From positions 248,001 through 312,000 of the forward strand of contig DF236952.1 of NCBI GenBank assembly GCA_000708835.1: DNA of 64,000 nucleotides. The letters are read 5' to 3'. The notes under the pieces are model-generated. The model was not told the DNA's origin. It ran no database searches and was given only the letters and a program-made list of their open reading frames with translations. Within the stretch, counting starts at the first letter, position 1. Each line of letters begins with the position of its first letter. Below, piece by piece: positions 1 through 12,610 of this stretch. A program made the position numbers and the translations under genes. The DNA is from Klebsormidium nitens (lineage: Eukaryota > Plantae > Klebsormidiophyceae).

Positions 1-1114
1 TCGATGCTTTGGATGACGCAGCCCGCATGCTCTCCTGTTTGTTTGATCCTGCGTCATTCCAGGTGCTCTATGATTCTTCGAGGGGTACACTTGCTGACTA
101 TTGATATAAATAACAGATATCATGCTCTCCATTCACATCTACTCTCTGCACTCAAGAGGTTGATTTGACGGATACAGCTCCATATGATCTCCACTTTACT
201 GATTATTGCATGCCACTTTTAACCTGCGTAGTATGTATTTGGCTGCTTCGGATCATGCACGCAAACTCCTCAAATGAAGAAGCTCTGGCATATATATATG
301 GCCCTCCATATACAAGTATGAATGTCTATACTGAGCTATAGTGCATAACGTGACATACTTTCACGAGTCAATTGACTAACCATGCACCAATTCCCAACCG
401 ACCGAGTAATTACATGCAATTGGTTCCTCTCCGGAAACATGTACCTAGTATGCATAAGCGCAGCTTGCATGGTGCAACTATAAGACCCCAGGCACACGCG
501 TCTCAGATGTTGTGTGCTGGCCGCCCATGGCCGAAAAACGTAGGTGCACTCAATGACGCTCAGTACCCTGTTGCTCAGCTGTAGCATTAAAATGTTCTGG
601 ACCTCCTTCGTTCTGTATTTTCACTACCAAAAACACCTTCCAATTGCAATCGTCTTATTGCAAACTTCTACTCAGTGACTGTGTTTCCTATATTACACTC
701 CGGCAGCATGTTTGCGAACCAATTATCGAACCCTCCCCGCAACCCCACAGAATGTAACACTTTAGTGACAACCCCGCCCGCCCCCAAGCCTCCCAACTCC
801 AACCAGTACAACAGATTGTACCCTTCTTGTCTTCACCCTCCCAACTCACATTGAGCTCCCCTCATGCACAAGCCCCCCAGCCCCCCCAAAAACCTTCAAA
901 CTAGCTTCTTCTCGGCTATTGCATTCAGCCCCTCTATAAAGCACGTATATAGTTGTTCATACTAGTTTGCCAATGCTTTACCTGCTTCCTGAGCTCGAAA
1001 GAAGCGTTGCCACAAAGCCATAACGTGGACTTCGATCGCTCGAAACCCTGTCCTCGGATTGCTCCATCCAACTGCCATCAACCTAGTATGTCGCATGCAT
1101 GGAGAAGCATCTCC

Positions 1115-4100
1115 TCACTCGTTCTGCTCTCCCGTGAGGTGAGCGGGCCAGACGCCCGGGGCGACATATGTGTACCTGCACAAGATGCACGATAGACTTT
1201 GAAGGCGCCGGTCTGGAACACGTCACTGACCATTCGCTTGTCGCACCGATTCCTCACCTGTTGTCACCTATCGCCTTTTTTCGATCTAGCTTTGGAAACT
1301 GCCCGCTGCCCATGGCTGCAACTTGCCCAGATGGAGTCAAGGCTCGGATGTTGTTCTCTAGCATCGGTTTGAAACCTGATCAAACCGCCTCGCCTCAGGG
1401 GTATTCCAGAATCAAAGCCGGTCCTCGTTTCTCGCGTCGCAATGTTGGCGCTTGTCTACAGTGATCAGACTCCAGTTGCTCCCGTGCAGATTGCCTGCTG
1501 GCGCTGACGCGATGGGTTGGTAACCAAGCGCAAGACAGTCCTCACCCGACAAAGAGGGACCAGTGGCGGCCGCGCTTGGTTGTGGTCTCTTTTAAGCCGA
1601 GCACCTATTCAGATTCCAACTCTTACCAGATCCAAAACTGAACACTCACAGAGCTGTAAAACTTGCTTTGCTCACCCGACGAAGAAGTCGTCGTGGCGGC
1701 CGCCCTTGGGCGTGGTCGCTTTAAGCCGAGCACTTACTCAGACTCTAACCTACCAAATCCAAAACTGAACACCCACAAAACTGTAAAACTTGCGCTCACC
1801 CGACGAAGAAGTCGTCGTGGCGGCCGCCCTTGGGCGTTGTCCCGGGCGAGTCGAGCACCGGGAGCTTGGTGTACATCTCGTCGAAGTTGGCCGTGCACCG
1901 CTGGTCCACGACCGCGGGCCGGAATGGCGGCACCACCTGCCGCGCCTCCAGCTTGCGCCAGTTGATCGCCTTGAAGAACTTGTGGCCCTTGATCTCCGCC
2001 GCGCCCGTCGGGCCGCTGCCGAGGCGCCGCGCGGGGTCCTTGTTCAGGAGCTGCGACGGATTGAAAGGACAGTGACGTTACGCCAGGAAGCGACATGAAC
2101 GGTTGGCTTGTTGAAAACGAAGCCCAGTTGGCCCGCTGCCAACGCGCCTGAGGGACCCTTGTGCAAAAACGAGTAGCTAATCTAGGGAGTGACATCAGCA
2201 GTGGCAGGGTAACGTCAAGTATCCGCTGGGTTATCTGTCGTCAGACGTCCGTCGGGCCGCTGCTCAGGCGCCACGATGGGTCCTTGTTCAAGAGCTGTCT
2301 GCATCAGAGGAGGTGGAAGTCAACAGGGGTACGAACGAAGTCAGCAGGTGCGCTCTTTTGAAAGCCTGTTCACCTTCTCACAACAAGCCAGAATAGCCTG
2401 ACACAGTGACGACTTGAAGCTGCCAGGGAGGAAAAAGAGCGGATACCGAGCAAAGTAGCGGAGTCCGGCTTTCCAAGAATCAAGCAAGAGCTCAGATGTG
2501 ACTTGCATCAATCGCGCCACCAGAGGACGAAGGAAGGTCATAACAGTAACCTTCGAGGGACTACTGATAATATATTCGATGAATACTCGTAGGAGAGCAA
2601 GAGGTCTTCAACTTCTAGGCTGGAGGCTCGAATCTAACCGCTCCGGATCTCTCGCAAGGCAACCACGACGCTTCAAGTCAGATCAGCAGACACTTGCACG
2701 ACCGAACTGGAAAAAGCAGAGCAAAACCGGCTGCTGCTGTAGGAGTCAGGACATCGCCCTTTTCCGCTTGAGTATCTACTCTAGTAAAGTCGGCTCCACA
2801 AGACGAAAACGAAACAAGGATACCTTTAACTGCCAGCAAGCTACTCCGAAACCTGCGAGAACAAGGGCCGGTTCCCGTTTGCTCACCCCTTTGACGAGCG
2901 TGCTGGCCTCGCTGGTGAGCCACGCGGGCAGCTTGAGCTTATCCTTGACGATCTTGTTCTGCAGCTTCTGGCGGTTGTTGGAGAAGAACGGGGGCTCCCC
3001 CGTCAGCATCTCGAACAGCAGGATGCCCAGGCTCCACCAGTCAGCGGCCTTGCCTGCAAACAAACGGTAGGAGGGTTGAGGAACTTTGACGAAAGCTAGT
3101 CCTATGGCACACGTGTATCGCGAATTCCTACAAGACATACCAGCTCCTCAATACTCCCTTCTAATGGTCACAACCGCCACGCCATCTCAAAGCATCTCTT
3201 CTGTAGCCGGAACATACCGCTCCTTCGGGCTTGCTTGTCGCCGCCATGCGTTTTTGAAGCCCCAGTCTCGAAAAAAGGGGACGGAGTGTACAACCAACCT
3301 CAATCTAATTTTTGAAACGGTTTCACTACTCAGGAGACAGCAAATCTCAAGGCCGTTCTCTTTCATCGCCCATCTGCAACCCTCAGTTTCAATCTGCACA
3401 AAGCGGCCCTTCACATTTTCCCAACACTGCCACCTACTCGTGTTGGCCGCATCTCGTCACCGATTCAAAGATTCAATGACTGATTCAAACCCAACCCAGA
3501 CTCGAACCCCTGGTCACCCATAGAGCCCAAGCTCACCGTGCCCCTTTGCCAGCAGTATCTCGGGCGCCATATACTCCATTGTCCCGCACATGCTATTCGT
3601 TGCCGCAGGTCCCGTCACATCCGCCTTCGCAAGACCGAAGTCCGTGATCTTTAGATGCCCCTCTGCGTCCAACAAAATGTTCTCCGGCTTGAGGTCCCGA
3701 TGCATGATCTCGCGCTCGTGCAGGTGCGCAATTGCGAGCACAATCTCGGCCAGATAGAAGCGCGAGAGCTCCTCGCTGAAGGTGCCCTGGCGGTAGAGCT
3801 GGAAGAAGAGATGGCCGCCGTTGATGAAGTCGAGGAGCAGGTACAGCTTGGAGCGGGTCTGCAGGAGCGGATATGGACGCTTCAGTGCTCAAGATGTCAT
3901 GGTCAGAGAAAGTATGATACATGAGACTGCGGATGTAGCCGCCGTTGATGTTTTGGGAAGGCACAGCTTTGAGCACTCTGCGAAAGCGTGGTCTCTGTTT
4001 CTCAATCATTGGCTGCCTGAAGCATGTACATACGCATTCCTAAACAAAAGCGCAGAGTTGCCGGCACCTGTGGCGAAAAAAAACCAACCTTAGGCCAAAA

Positions 4101-6033
4101 GCGGGTCTGCGATTACAAGAGTTTCAATTTTGGGAAGTGACATGCAATCGGCAGAGGATCAGCGAGCAATAAAAGTTCACCGAGGAGAGATTCAGAAGTG
4201 GCCCCCTGTCCGTGGGATTGGGAGGCCGCTTTACCCTGAAAGCAAACAGTGAGGAAAGAGCCCAAGCGTTCTGATCTACGGGCTTCTGACTGTTCTCAAC
4301 GGGCATCAGGGCGGAAGGCTGATTGGGCGTAGCCTTACTGAAGATGACATGGACGGGAACTTTCCAAAGATGGAAAGGGGCCAAGGCTGGGGTATGCTTC
4401 AATGACGAAGCTCCGAAAATCTTTCTGGGGCAAAGGATGGGCCCACCGGCTCACCAAGAATGTGTTTACATTGAGGGCCTACAATGACTTGGCAGCTGCC
4501 CCCGCATTAAAAGGCAAGTGAGTAGGCAATTACCTGGAAGGAGTATTGCAGGGTCACAATGAAGGGGTGCACAATCTGGGTCAGGATGTTGCGCTCCGCC
4601 TTCATGTAGTCGGCATGATTCTTCTCCATTATCCGGTCCTTGCGCATCACTTTCATGGCCAGGATCTCTCCCGTGTCCTTCTTCTGAACCTGTAATCAGC
4701 GGACAAAACAAACTCGATCTCATTCTCAGGTTGCTCAGGCTTATCAACTTTTACTTTCTGCTGTAATTGGTCAAAAGTACCCCTTGAAGTCATTTGGACA
4801 GATGAAAACAAAAAGGGGGGGCATCTACTTTACATGGAGTGCATGGATATACAACATAAGGTGGCAAAGCGCGGTGCTTGATCTGACACATGAGTAGCTT
4901 GAATTAACAATCAACTGTGTAAACACCACCTAGAGAAAGCCGGGCATCTTCGGAAGGGAAACTAGGCGTGGCCTCAAAATCCAAGCAGCCCCACTCTGGA
5001 AAGGTACCTACTGCAACTGAATCGACCAACCAGCTGACCAACCGGCATCGAGAACACAGAACTACTCAAGAGACACCACTTCAAAGAGATACACAAGGCC
5101 CATTCAGCTGCCAGTGATTGTTTCTGATGTGAAGTGTCAGCTGCTGCATACCCTGGCAGCCAGACTCAAACCCTAACTTTGTGCAAACGCATGCACCACC
5201 CCAAAACCAAGTCTCCAGACGTACTACTTCCACCAATATCGAGCAGTACGTTGCAAAAGCCAGCTCCGCACCTGAAACACCTTCCCAAAGGCGCCCTGCC
5301 CGACCACCCTGAGCAGCTCAAAGTCCGAGGGCCCCAGCTTCTGGTTGCCGTTCCCCACATGCTCCCTTCCAGATGTTGACGCCCCCTCGTCGCCCGAAGA
5401 ATCGCTGTAGATGGTCGACAGAGGCTTTGCAATGATCTCCACCGGTTGACTGATCACTCCCTTGATTTCAGGAGTGGGGAGACTGTTACCGTCCGCTTCT
5501 TCTTTGGGTGCCCCAGCCTCCGCTATTTCTGCCTCATTGTTTGTGATGACCATCTCTACCTGCTGCCAGACGATAGTTGCTGTCTGCCCCTCATGTGGGG
5601 AGGGGTTCGCTCCCGGAGTATGCTCTCCAAGCACCGCTGATGGCCCCCTTAGGCTATGCTGCCTCGTGATGAGGTGCGGAGGAGAACCGGGCCGGTTGCT
5701 CAAAATCAAAGAGGGGGTGCGCCTCTTCCCGTTTACAGTAACCTCCTCCGCTGCTCCCACCAACGCCTCAACCAAAGAGTCCCGTTCACCATTCTCTGCC
5801 TTAGTGTCTTCTTCCACCGTCCCCAGTGATGAACCAGCTCTCTGCAGCCCCTCCCCCGCGTCTGCTTCTGCTCTTGGCGTAGAAGAAGCAAACATCTCAT
5901 CAAACTCGAACTCGGTCCCTCCATTGGTGGCTGGAGCCTGCGGCGGCTCAACCTTCACCTTGATCCCTGAGAGAACGCTCGCAAAGCTCCGGAAGTCCAC
6001 GCTGGGAGCCTGCTGGCTCGAGGTTGCTGCCAT
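1115..6033 (-). CDS. S6K: Ribosomal protein S6 kinase-like AGC Ser/Thr kinase (6 exons, ~572 aa)
   Basis: Exons (minus strand): 6033-5272, 4689-4534, 3858-3537, 3053-2887, 2050-1800, 1175-1115. All introns are GT-AG and phases are consistent. Motifs: [55 protein letters not shown], turn-motif region DSPGTTP, and C-terminal hydrophobic motif FFVGYTYVAP. A long acidic low-complexity N-terminus precedes the kinase domain, as in plant S6Ks. Confidence 0.92.
1541..1850 (-). repeat. Three tandem ~125-130 bp units spanning the S6K exon 5 donor site
   Basis: CTCACCCGAC (reverse complement of GTCGG|GTGAG) occurs at 1541, 1671 and 1795, each followed by GTGGCGGCCGC-like exon sequence. The intronic part (TTAAGCCGAGCAC...CCAAAACTGAACAC...CTGTAAAACTTG) is also repeated. 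Confidence 0.9.
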
Positions 6034-7245
6034 TTTTTGTTCGCTACTATTCTAGATTATTCTTCAAGTTTTAGAACACTATACGTTTCATGCAAGGGCC
6101 AGCAGTAACCAGTCCCTACGTCTGACCCTCCCACCTGTATTTCAGAGCATCAGAATGCACGTTTAGAGGAGGACAACAACATGGATGAGGTTCATAGAGC
6201 GGTTTATTACCGCAGCTGCTGATCGCTGTCCAATAGTCAGTTGCTCAGCTTCTGCGGTATTTAGCGCATGTTGTTTGTTGCAAGAACTCCTGCTGACAAC
6301 TAATCCAGCTAAAGCGATGTTGATTGAAAGCGAACGCGGTTGCGATAGGGACAACCACGCCGGGGGCGCTTGGTCACATCGTGCCGGTTGTCACTCTGAC
6401 CAATCAGGCGAATCACTTGCAAGATGCGTCCCCAGCAAGCTGCAAACTTTCAGCTCAGAAACAACACTGTAGCCCCTTCTAACCAGCTGTTTTCAAGGGC
6501 GCAGACTCGACTCCACCATGCAGTATAGCTTTTGCAGCTCCAAACTTTTGCTTTGGTGGCAACCTTCTCTCATGCAGGCGGTTTCAAGGTCAACAGGTTT
6601 GGGGCTCATGCAGAAATTTGCGCTCTTGCCAAGCAGGCACGAATCCTGAAGATGCAGAATCTCTGAATCCGCAAATGGGCTGACACGTGGAGCGTTAAGA
6701 AGGTTTGGAGATCCATCAGCGGTTCAGAAAGCGCACAGTCCCCGCCATAAATTCGAAGAGCTCAGATTGTAGTGCAGCAAAATGCAACTTCTGCTCGCAA
6801 TGTTCAGCCAGTAAGCGAGCTGCTGTTTGCATACTTTCAGTACTTTCCATACTTTCCATACTAACGGGAGTCTTTGTCAAACCATGCATGACCGTGACGT
6901 TGTCAGCAGCAAGCCCGTAACAAGGGCTGCCAGCTCATTTGGTCATAAAGTTCGATCAAATGTCGCATGCTACATATGAGAAGTAAGCGTACATATAATT
7001 CGAAACATGGGACGAAGATTCTTCGCAAGCAAGCGTATTCACGATGATCTCATCAATCATCATCATCAAAATCGTTCCACCTACGCCATCGAGATCGGTC
7101 GTCTAATTTTCTATTCGTTGGTTGCTGGAAAGGTGGTTGAAGTGATTGCGGGGCGCTCTGCTCAATTTCGGCAGGTGAAGGTCCCCTGCAAGCAAAAGAG
7201 TCCCCAAACCGTTGCTCATTGATGGTTACCGAGCATTTCCGCAAA

Positions 7246-10200
7246 CTATTCGTCTGATGCAGCAACAGATTTCAGGCACTGCTCGCTGTACGGCAGGAAA
7301 CAAGCGAGAAGCGGGCTCCAAGTAGATGACCAAAGCACAAGAAATTCAACAAACTCCGGTTATGCTGCGCGGTATTGAATCAATCCAATAAAGCTGCCAA
7401 AGAAGTGCAACACAAAAGCAGGAACGGCAGGCGAGTCTGCGGTAAACTAACTACCAACCCGTCTTCACTGGAATGCAATCGCCAGCCAGCCACAGGGCTA
7501 GGCCATTAGCCAGTCGACCTATTGAGCGTCCATAAGCACGAAACTCAAACCAGATCGCTCTAGACACAGATTAAGAACCTTGCAGACACACAATAAGCAC
7601 CTGGCAAAGCCGGCCAAACCCACCTGTAACCTGGGTTGACGGACTTGAGGAACGTCGCCAACTCGCTGACGACCCACTTCTTTTCGACCTCCGTCAGCCC
7701 GTCCCCGAAGGTGTGCTTCTTGATCCCTTCTGCCACCTGGCAGTTCCTCAATGGCTGCCCGTTCACGCTGCCGGTCATCACGACCTGCGCGCTCGCAAGG
7801 TCGTCCGTGCGGCCCTCCACGGTGTGGGACCATAAGCCGCCGGCTACCTGAAAGGTAATATCCCAATTTGAAAGTTTTCGGGAATCGAAATCACACCTAG
7901 TTGTCTGGTTGGCAATTACCCTTGCAAGTCCTCGTGGATTAGAGCCATATTTGAGTTCGCAATTATCCAAATGATTGATGACAATCTACGGTCGCAGGGT
8001 AGGCCCGTCTCGTTCATCTTGGGTACGATAGGGGCTCCGGACTCCAGTCCTTGAACTACACCTCTTGGCAAACACGGGAGGAACTGATGACAGTTTACGG
8101 TCTTCGCGTGTCTGCTTCGTCACTCCGCCGCTTTGGACCTTCGATGCGTGCCAACCGTCTACGAGTGCCCAACCGTGCAAAGTTGACTATACCACACTTG
8201 GTCTGTCACTCGAAAAGCGCGGACATGAGAATCAGGCGCTTGAATGGTCGAAACCGAATGGAGATAAAGGCCTCCGCCCATTTCTAAGTCGAACCGACTC
8301 AATCCATGACGTTCAATCTGGTGAAAATGGCGATTGGAAAGACTTGATTGAGTTCGATAGATGTCGTTGACAAGAACTGACGCCCAAAGCAGGCAAGAGG
8401 TGTGTAGCAACCGTTACAAAAGCCCCTCGCCAGTCGCTTTCTTGCGTAACCATGCATCCGTAAATGCACTTGATGAAAACGAAGTCTAGGTCTAAGTACT
8501 TCTGCGGATTTTGTAGGACCACTCGAAGAACGTTCAGTCGCAGAAAGCGCTCAACAAGAACATGCAGCAGGTCGGGCGACGTTTTGCCACCTCACCTCCC
8601 ACTTTATTGTGAAATTCTGTACCCCAATGTCAAGCGTCGTCTTGACGGAGACGCCCGAGAGGGCCGACTTGGCAAGCCTGCAGAACAAGGGTCGAGCCGA
8701 CACTGTGAGCACTGGCAAGGGTGAAAGCTTATCTACGGTCCATTGGATCAACGGAACCGCGTCATGAACCCCGTACTATACGGAAAATCAGCCTCAGTGC
8801 ACTTTTAAGAACGTGTACAGATCTGTACGTGAACAGGGAGCCATTACAGCGACCAGATAATTTCTCGTAGGCGAGACATCTGTGAAGGGCGATCAGAACC
8901 ATAAGCGCGCGAAATAAAGTGCATAAGCGCTCACCCGAACCCCACCGCCCAGAAAGGTATGGAGAAGAGCGAGAAGAGGATAGGCGCTCCGCCGGTGATG
9001 GCGCTCGCCGTCCAAAACGCGATGAAGCCGTTCCAGGCCAAAGCAAACGTGCCGGTGCTGAGGTTCTGCTCCGTGAGTCCCTGGGGAGGAACCTCTATAT
9101 GTATGCGGCCGCCGCTCCGCTCTAGTTCCTGCAGTGGGAATTGCAGGAAATAGACGGAGGTCGAATGTGTCCTCACGCATCGGCATCGATCATTGTCGAT
9201 GCGAAAATGGACTTGGCACTAACGGTGAGATCAACGAAGACGTGCGCAGAGTGCGGCCGCCCTTCGAATTGATTGACTTCCAGAAGTTTACGGAGAACTC
9301 TTCCAAACGATGGGACGCGTCTCAATCGAACAGCATCAGCAACTGGAGACTATGGCAACAAAAAGCTCATTCTCATGTGCTGACCGTTGGGGACGTTGGA
9401 AAAATGCGACCTTTGAAAGGAGTTTCCATGCGTTCAAAGGAGTGGAAGTGATGTTCGTGTTCGCCTCAGAATGATGAGCAATAACTCACCACTTTTGACC
9501 CCGCCGGTTTCCTGAGCGGCGTGAAGCTTTCAGGGACCCGAGTGTCCGCACTTTGCCGTCCGACCCACCCCCCGATCGAGCTCCGATCGTTCGCGCCACT
9601 GATCGCCCTGTGATCGAGACGAGAAACAGAGTCTGCTTTCTGCTAAGATTCTGTTCTGCTTCAGCTCGCGCCTCTCCAAGGGAGAAGATTGAAATGATGT
9701 TGACGGCTTACGAGAGACAAAGGAGCTCCCGTGTCAAAATGAGACGGGGCTGGTGATATCTACAAACGTTGTTCACGTGTTGTGGAAGAAGCCTCCTCCG
9801 AGTGTGCAGCCGCTAGCAGAAGCGGAGGGACAAACTTTCGGTGATATGACGCTTCCGCATTCAGGACTTATGGCGCTTCGCACGGTCCGCACGACAGATG
9901 ATACAGTTCGCTTGATATCTGATGTATTTTTTAAAAAACACGCTTACAAAACCAAGACGTACGTCCTTGATTCCGCCAAGCCAGGACACTGATATTCTTC
10001 TCCGCAGGTCCGGCCAAGGGATCTTGAAGCACTGCTGAGTGATTCCATTGTCGTGGTCCGCTGTCCGCTGAGACCTCACCCTTTGCAACGGCACCGAAGA
10101 AGGCGAGGACTGAGGTTCGAGGGGGTCCAACCGGGTGAAAGAAAGGAAGAGAGGGAACGAACAAACAGAGAAAAAAGGACCCGAATCTTGCAAGGTCAGT

Positions 10201-12610
10201 TACATGGCATGTCCCGCTGCAGACTGGTGAGGAGCAACAAAGTGGAAGAAAAGGGGGCGGAGGGGGAACGAACAACCGAAAAAGAGAGGGTCACTCACCT
10301 GGCGACTTCCGCTGCGGACTGGTAGCGGTCTTCAACGGCGGGCTCGAGCAGGCGGTCCAAAACGTCAGCAAGTCCGGGGCTCATCGAGACTCGGTCGCGG
10401 AACTCCACTTTCAGACGCCGCTGCAAAAAGGAGGCTGACGCATCAGCGGGGAAAGCAGATTAGGAGATGAAAGAAAATGGGGAACACTGCGCGACAACTC
10501 TTAAGCAGAAGTTTGCAAAAACGACACCAACGGGCTCGAGCTGTGATACGGTCGTGAAATTCGACCTTGAGGCGCCCAGTCACGTAGTCACATAGTCCCC
10601 CTCTTCGCGGGACTACTTTTGTGAAATGGTAGAGCAGATAAGGAGATGAAGGGGAAGGGGGAGTACGAAGACGAAAGTCTTGAGCAAAGAGGGGAGAAGG
10701 AGCGGCCATTGGGACGTTCAACCAGATCACAAGAACCTCGAATAAACCGAGATAACGAGAGTCTCTTGAGGCGCCGCTGCGAGAAGGTGCTATATTTTCG
10801 CAATAACTGAGACGATAAATAACCCGAGCTAGCAAGGCTATCGAAAAGAGAGGGGTGCGCTCTGCAGGATACAGTTGGATTACACAACATTGGAGCAACA
10901 ATTGCCATGAAAAAGGGAATCGAACAGAAACCTGAGAAAGCATGAGGGAGAGGTAACAACTAACAAAGCCAACAAGAGAGAACGAAAACCATCAGTGCTA
11001 ACGCCAGCCTCACTTGCGGGAATTCGGAAGGTGGTCGCCCTGACAGCATGTAGAGCATCGTTGCGCCGAGCGCGTAGAGGTCGCTCTGCGGCACCGCTTT
11101 TCCGCGGAACTGCTCGGGGGCCATGTAGCCATACGTGCCCACGACGGTACTGCCTAGAAACGTCGCGGCGGCCTGATCCTGGACGGCGCCGAAATCAACC
11201 ACCTAGGGAAAGGCGACGATGAGGTCAGCATGACGTCAGCCCTGGGAGGTAGGCGTTGTTAAGAAGCATGACTTGGGGAGTTAAGTTGTCGGTTTGATTG
11301 CAGACACGGTAGACTGTAGAGACAACATGGCAGCTTGAGGGATCCGTGGCTTATGCGGGGTCGTGATGCCAATCGAGGTGCGAATTGCACTGCCTTTCAG
11401 TATGTGCGACGCCAGGAATATGATTTGCATATGAACGAGGGTCTCCCCATCATTTTTAAACAAGCTGACATGCAAACTCCTCCGGCGAACCCTCAGTGGG
11501 CGCCATTACTGCTCATCGCTGTGAAGACAGTCATGAGCATCCCCTCACCTTCACAGCCCCAGTGCCCCTTCCAGCCCCGTCGGAGTCAATGATGATATTC
11601 TCCGGTTTGATGTCCCGGTGCACCACCGCCGGCCGCAGACTCTGCAGATACTCCAAAACTTTCAACACTTCCAATGCGATCCTCTTCACTTCCTCCTCCC
11701 CCACGCGCCAGCCCCCCTTCACGAGATCCGCGATCGACTTTCCGGGCGCCACCTTCTGCGCAATGTAGAAGGTTCTGTCGGCATCCGTATCTACCTCGAA
11801 GGAATCAATGTACTCGGCAATGCCCGGGTGCTTCAGCGACTGCAAAACGCGCGCCTCACGTTCAAATAGCTCTAGGTCCTTCCAGGCCTTCATGCCCCTG
11901 AGCGACATTGCTTTCAACGCCACTTTCGTGCTTCTTTCTCCCCCCGATTTGGACGCCGCCACCGCTTCCTCCCACGTCTGTGCAACACCACTCGGACTGT
12001 CCGAATCGGCGCTGCCATTTGAATCGACCAACTCCGCCTCAAACATGGTCCCCAGCCCCCCGCTGCCGAGAACCCCCGTGATGCGATACTTCCCCACGAT
12101 GACATCACCGATCTCATGGAGGGGTTTGAACTGGGGCGGGCTGGAGCTGACAGTTGGGGGGAGCTCCGGTTGTCGTTCTAAATACTCTTGGAAGCTGAGT
12201 CTATCTTCCTCCCCCTGAGCCCGTACAGTAAGACTGAAATTCCTAAGGGGCCCCTTGTTGAGGGCTCTTCTATGCACTTGCTTGACTGGAGAGCCTGAGA
12301 GGAATTCACAGCATCGCCTTAAGGCCAAGGCTGGACTCCCTTCTGTTGGCTCCACTGAGCGCGCCTTTACAATCGCTGACCTACACTTGATGAATGAACT
12401 TTGATTACAAGCGCGCAATTTGCAGAAACTGGCCTCTGCAGAAAATAGAAGGGGCCAACAAGCAGGCGCGGCCTCAGCAAAAGCGCTCCGCACGTCCACT
12501 CTTGCATGCGCTCCAATTGACGCACGACCCTGAGGATGGTCAAAGTGCCTGGTTGGAGATAGTCTTATACACCCAGTATGGCTGCCGGCAGACGCCATGG
12601 ACTGCGCCAT
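7246..12610 (-). CDS. Cyanobacterial-type (Pkn2/Spk-like) Hanks Ser/Thr kinase with C-terminal membrane domain, probable plastid transit peptide (8 exons, ~676 aa)
   Basis: Exons: 12610-11549, 11202-11014, 10420-10299, 9607-9490, 9128-8935, 8677-8596, 7847-7624, 7285-7246 (the last exon and the start codon are less certain). Intact catalytic motifs: GSGGLG, VALK, WKDLELFEREARVLQSLKHP, HRDIKPEN, DFG, GTYGYMAPE, DLYALG. The C-terminal RKPAGSKVELERSGGRIHIEVPP...FALAWNGFIAFWT...LFSLFSIPFWAVG (two hydrophobic helices) resembles cyanobacterial membrane kinases as I recall them. The N-terminus is Ser/Arg/Ala-rich. Confidence 0.85.

Noticed and set aside
5462-6055. 197-aa plus-strand ORF
   Set aside because: Antisense shadow of S6K exon 1; Ser-rich with no recognisable motifs. 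The same applies to most short ORF-track entries overlapping GC-rich exons.
10020-10125. Possible small extra exon in kinase intron 3 (CTCAG...GG|GTGAG)
   Set aside because: The required phase gives unrelated sequence, and exons 3 and 4 already join in frame without it.
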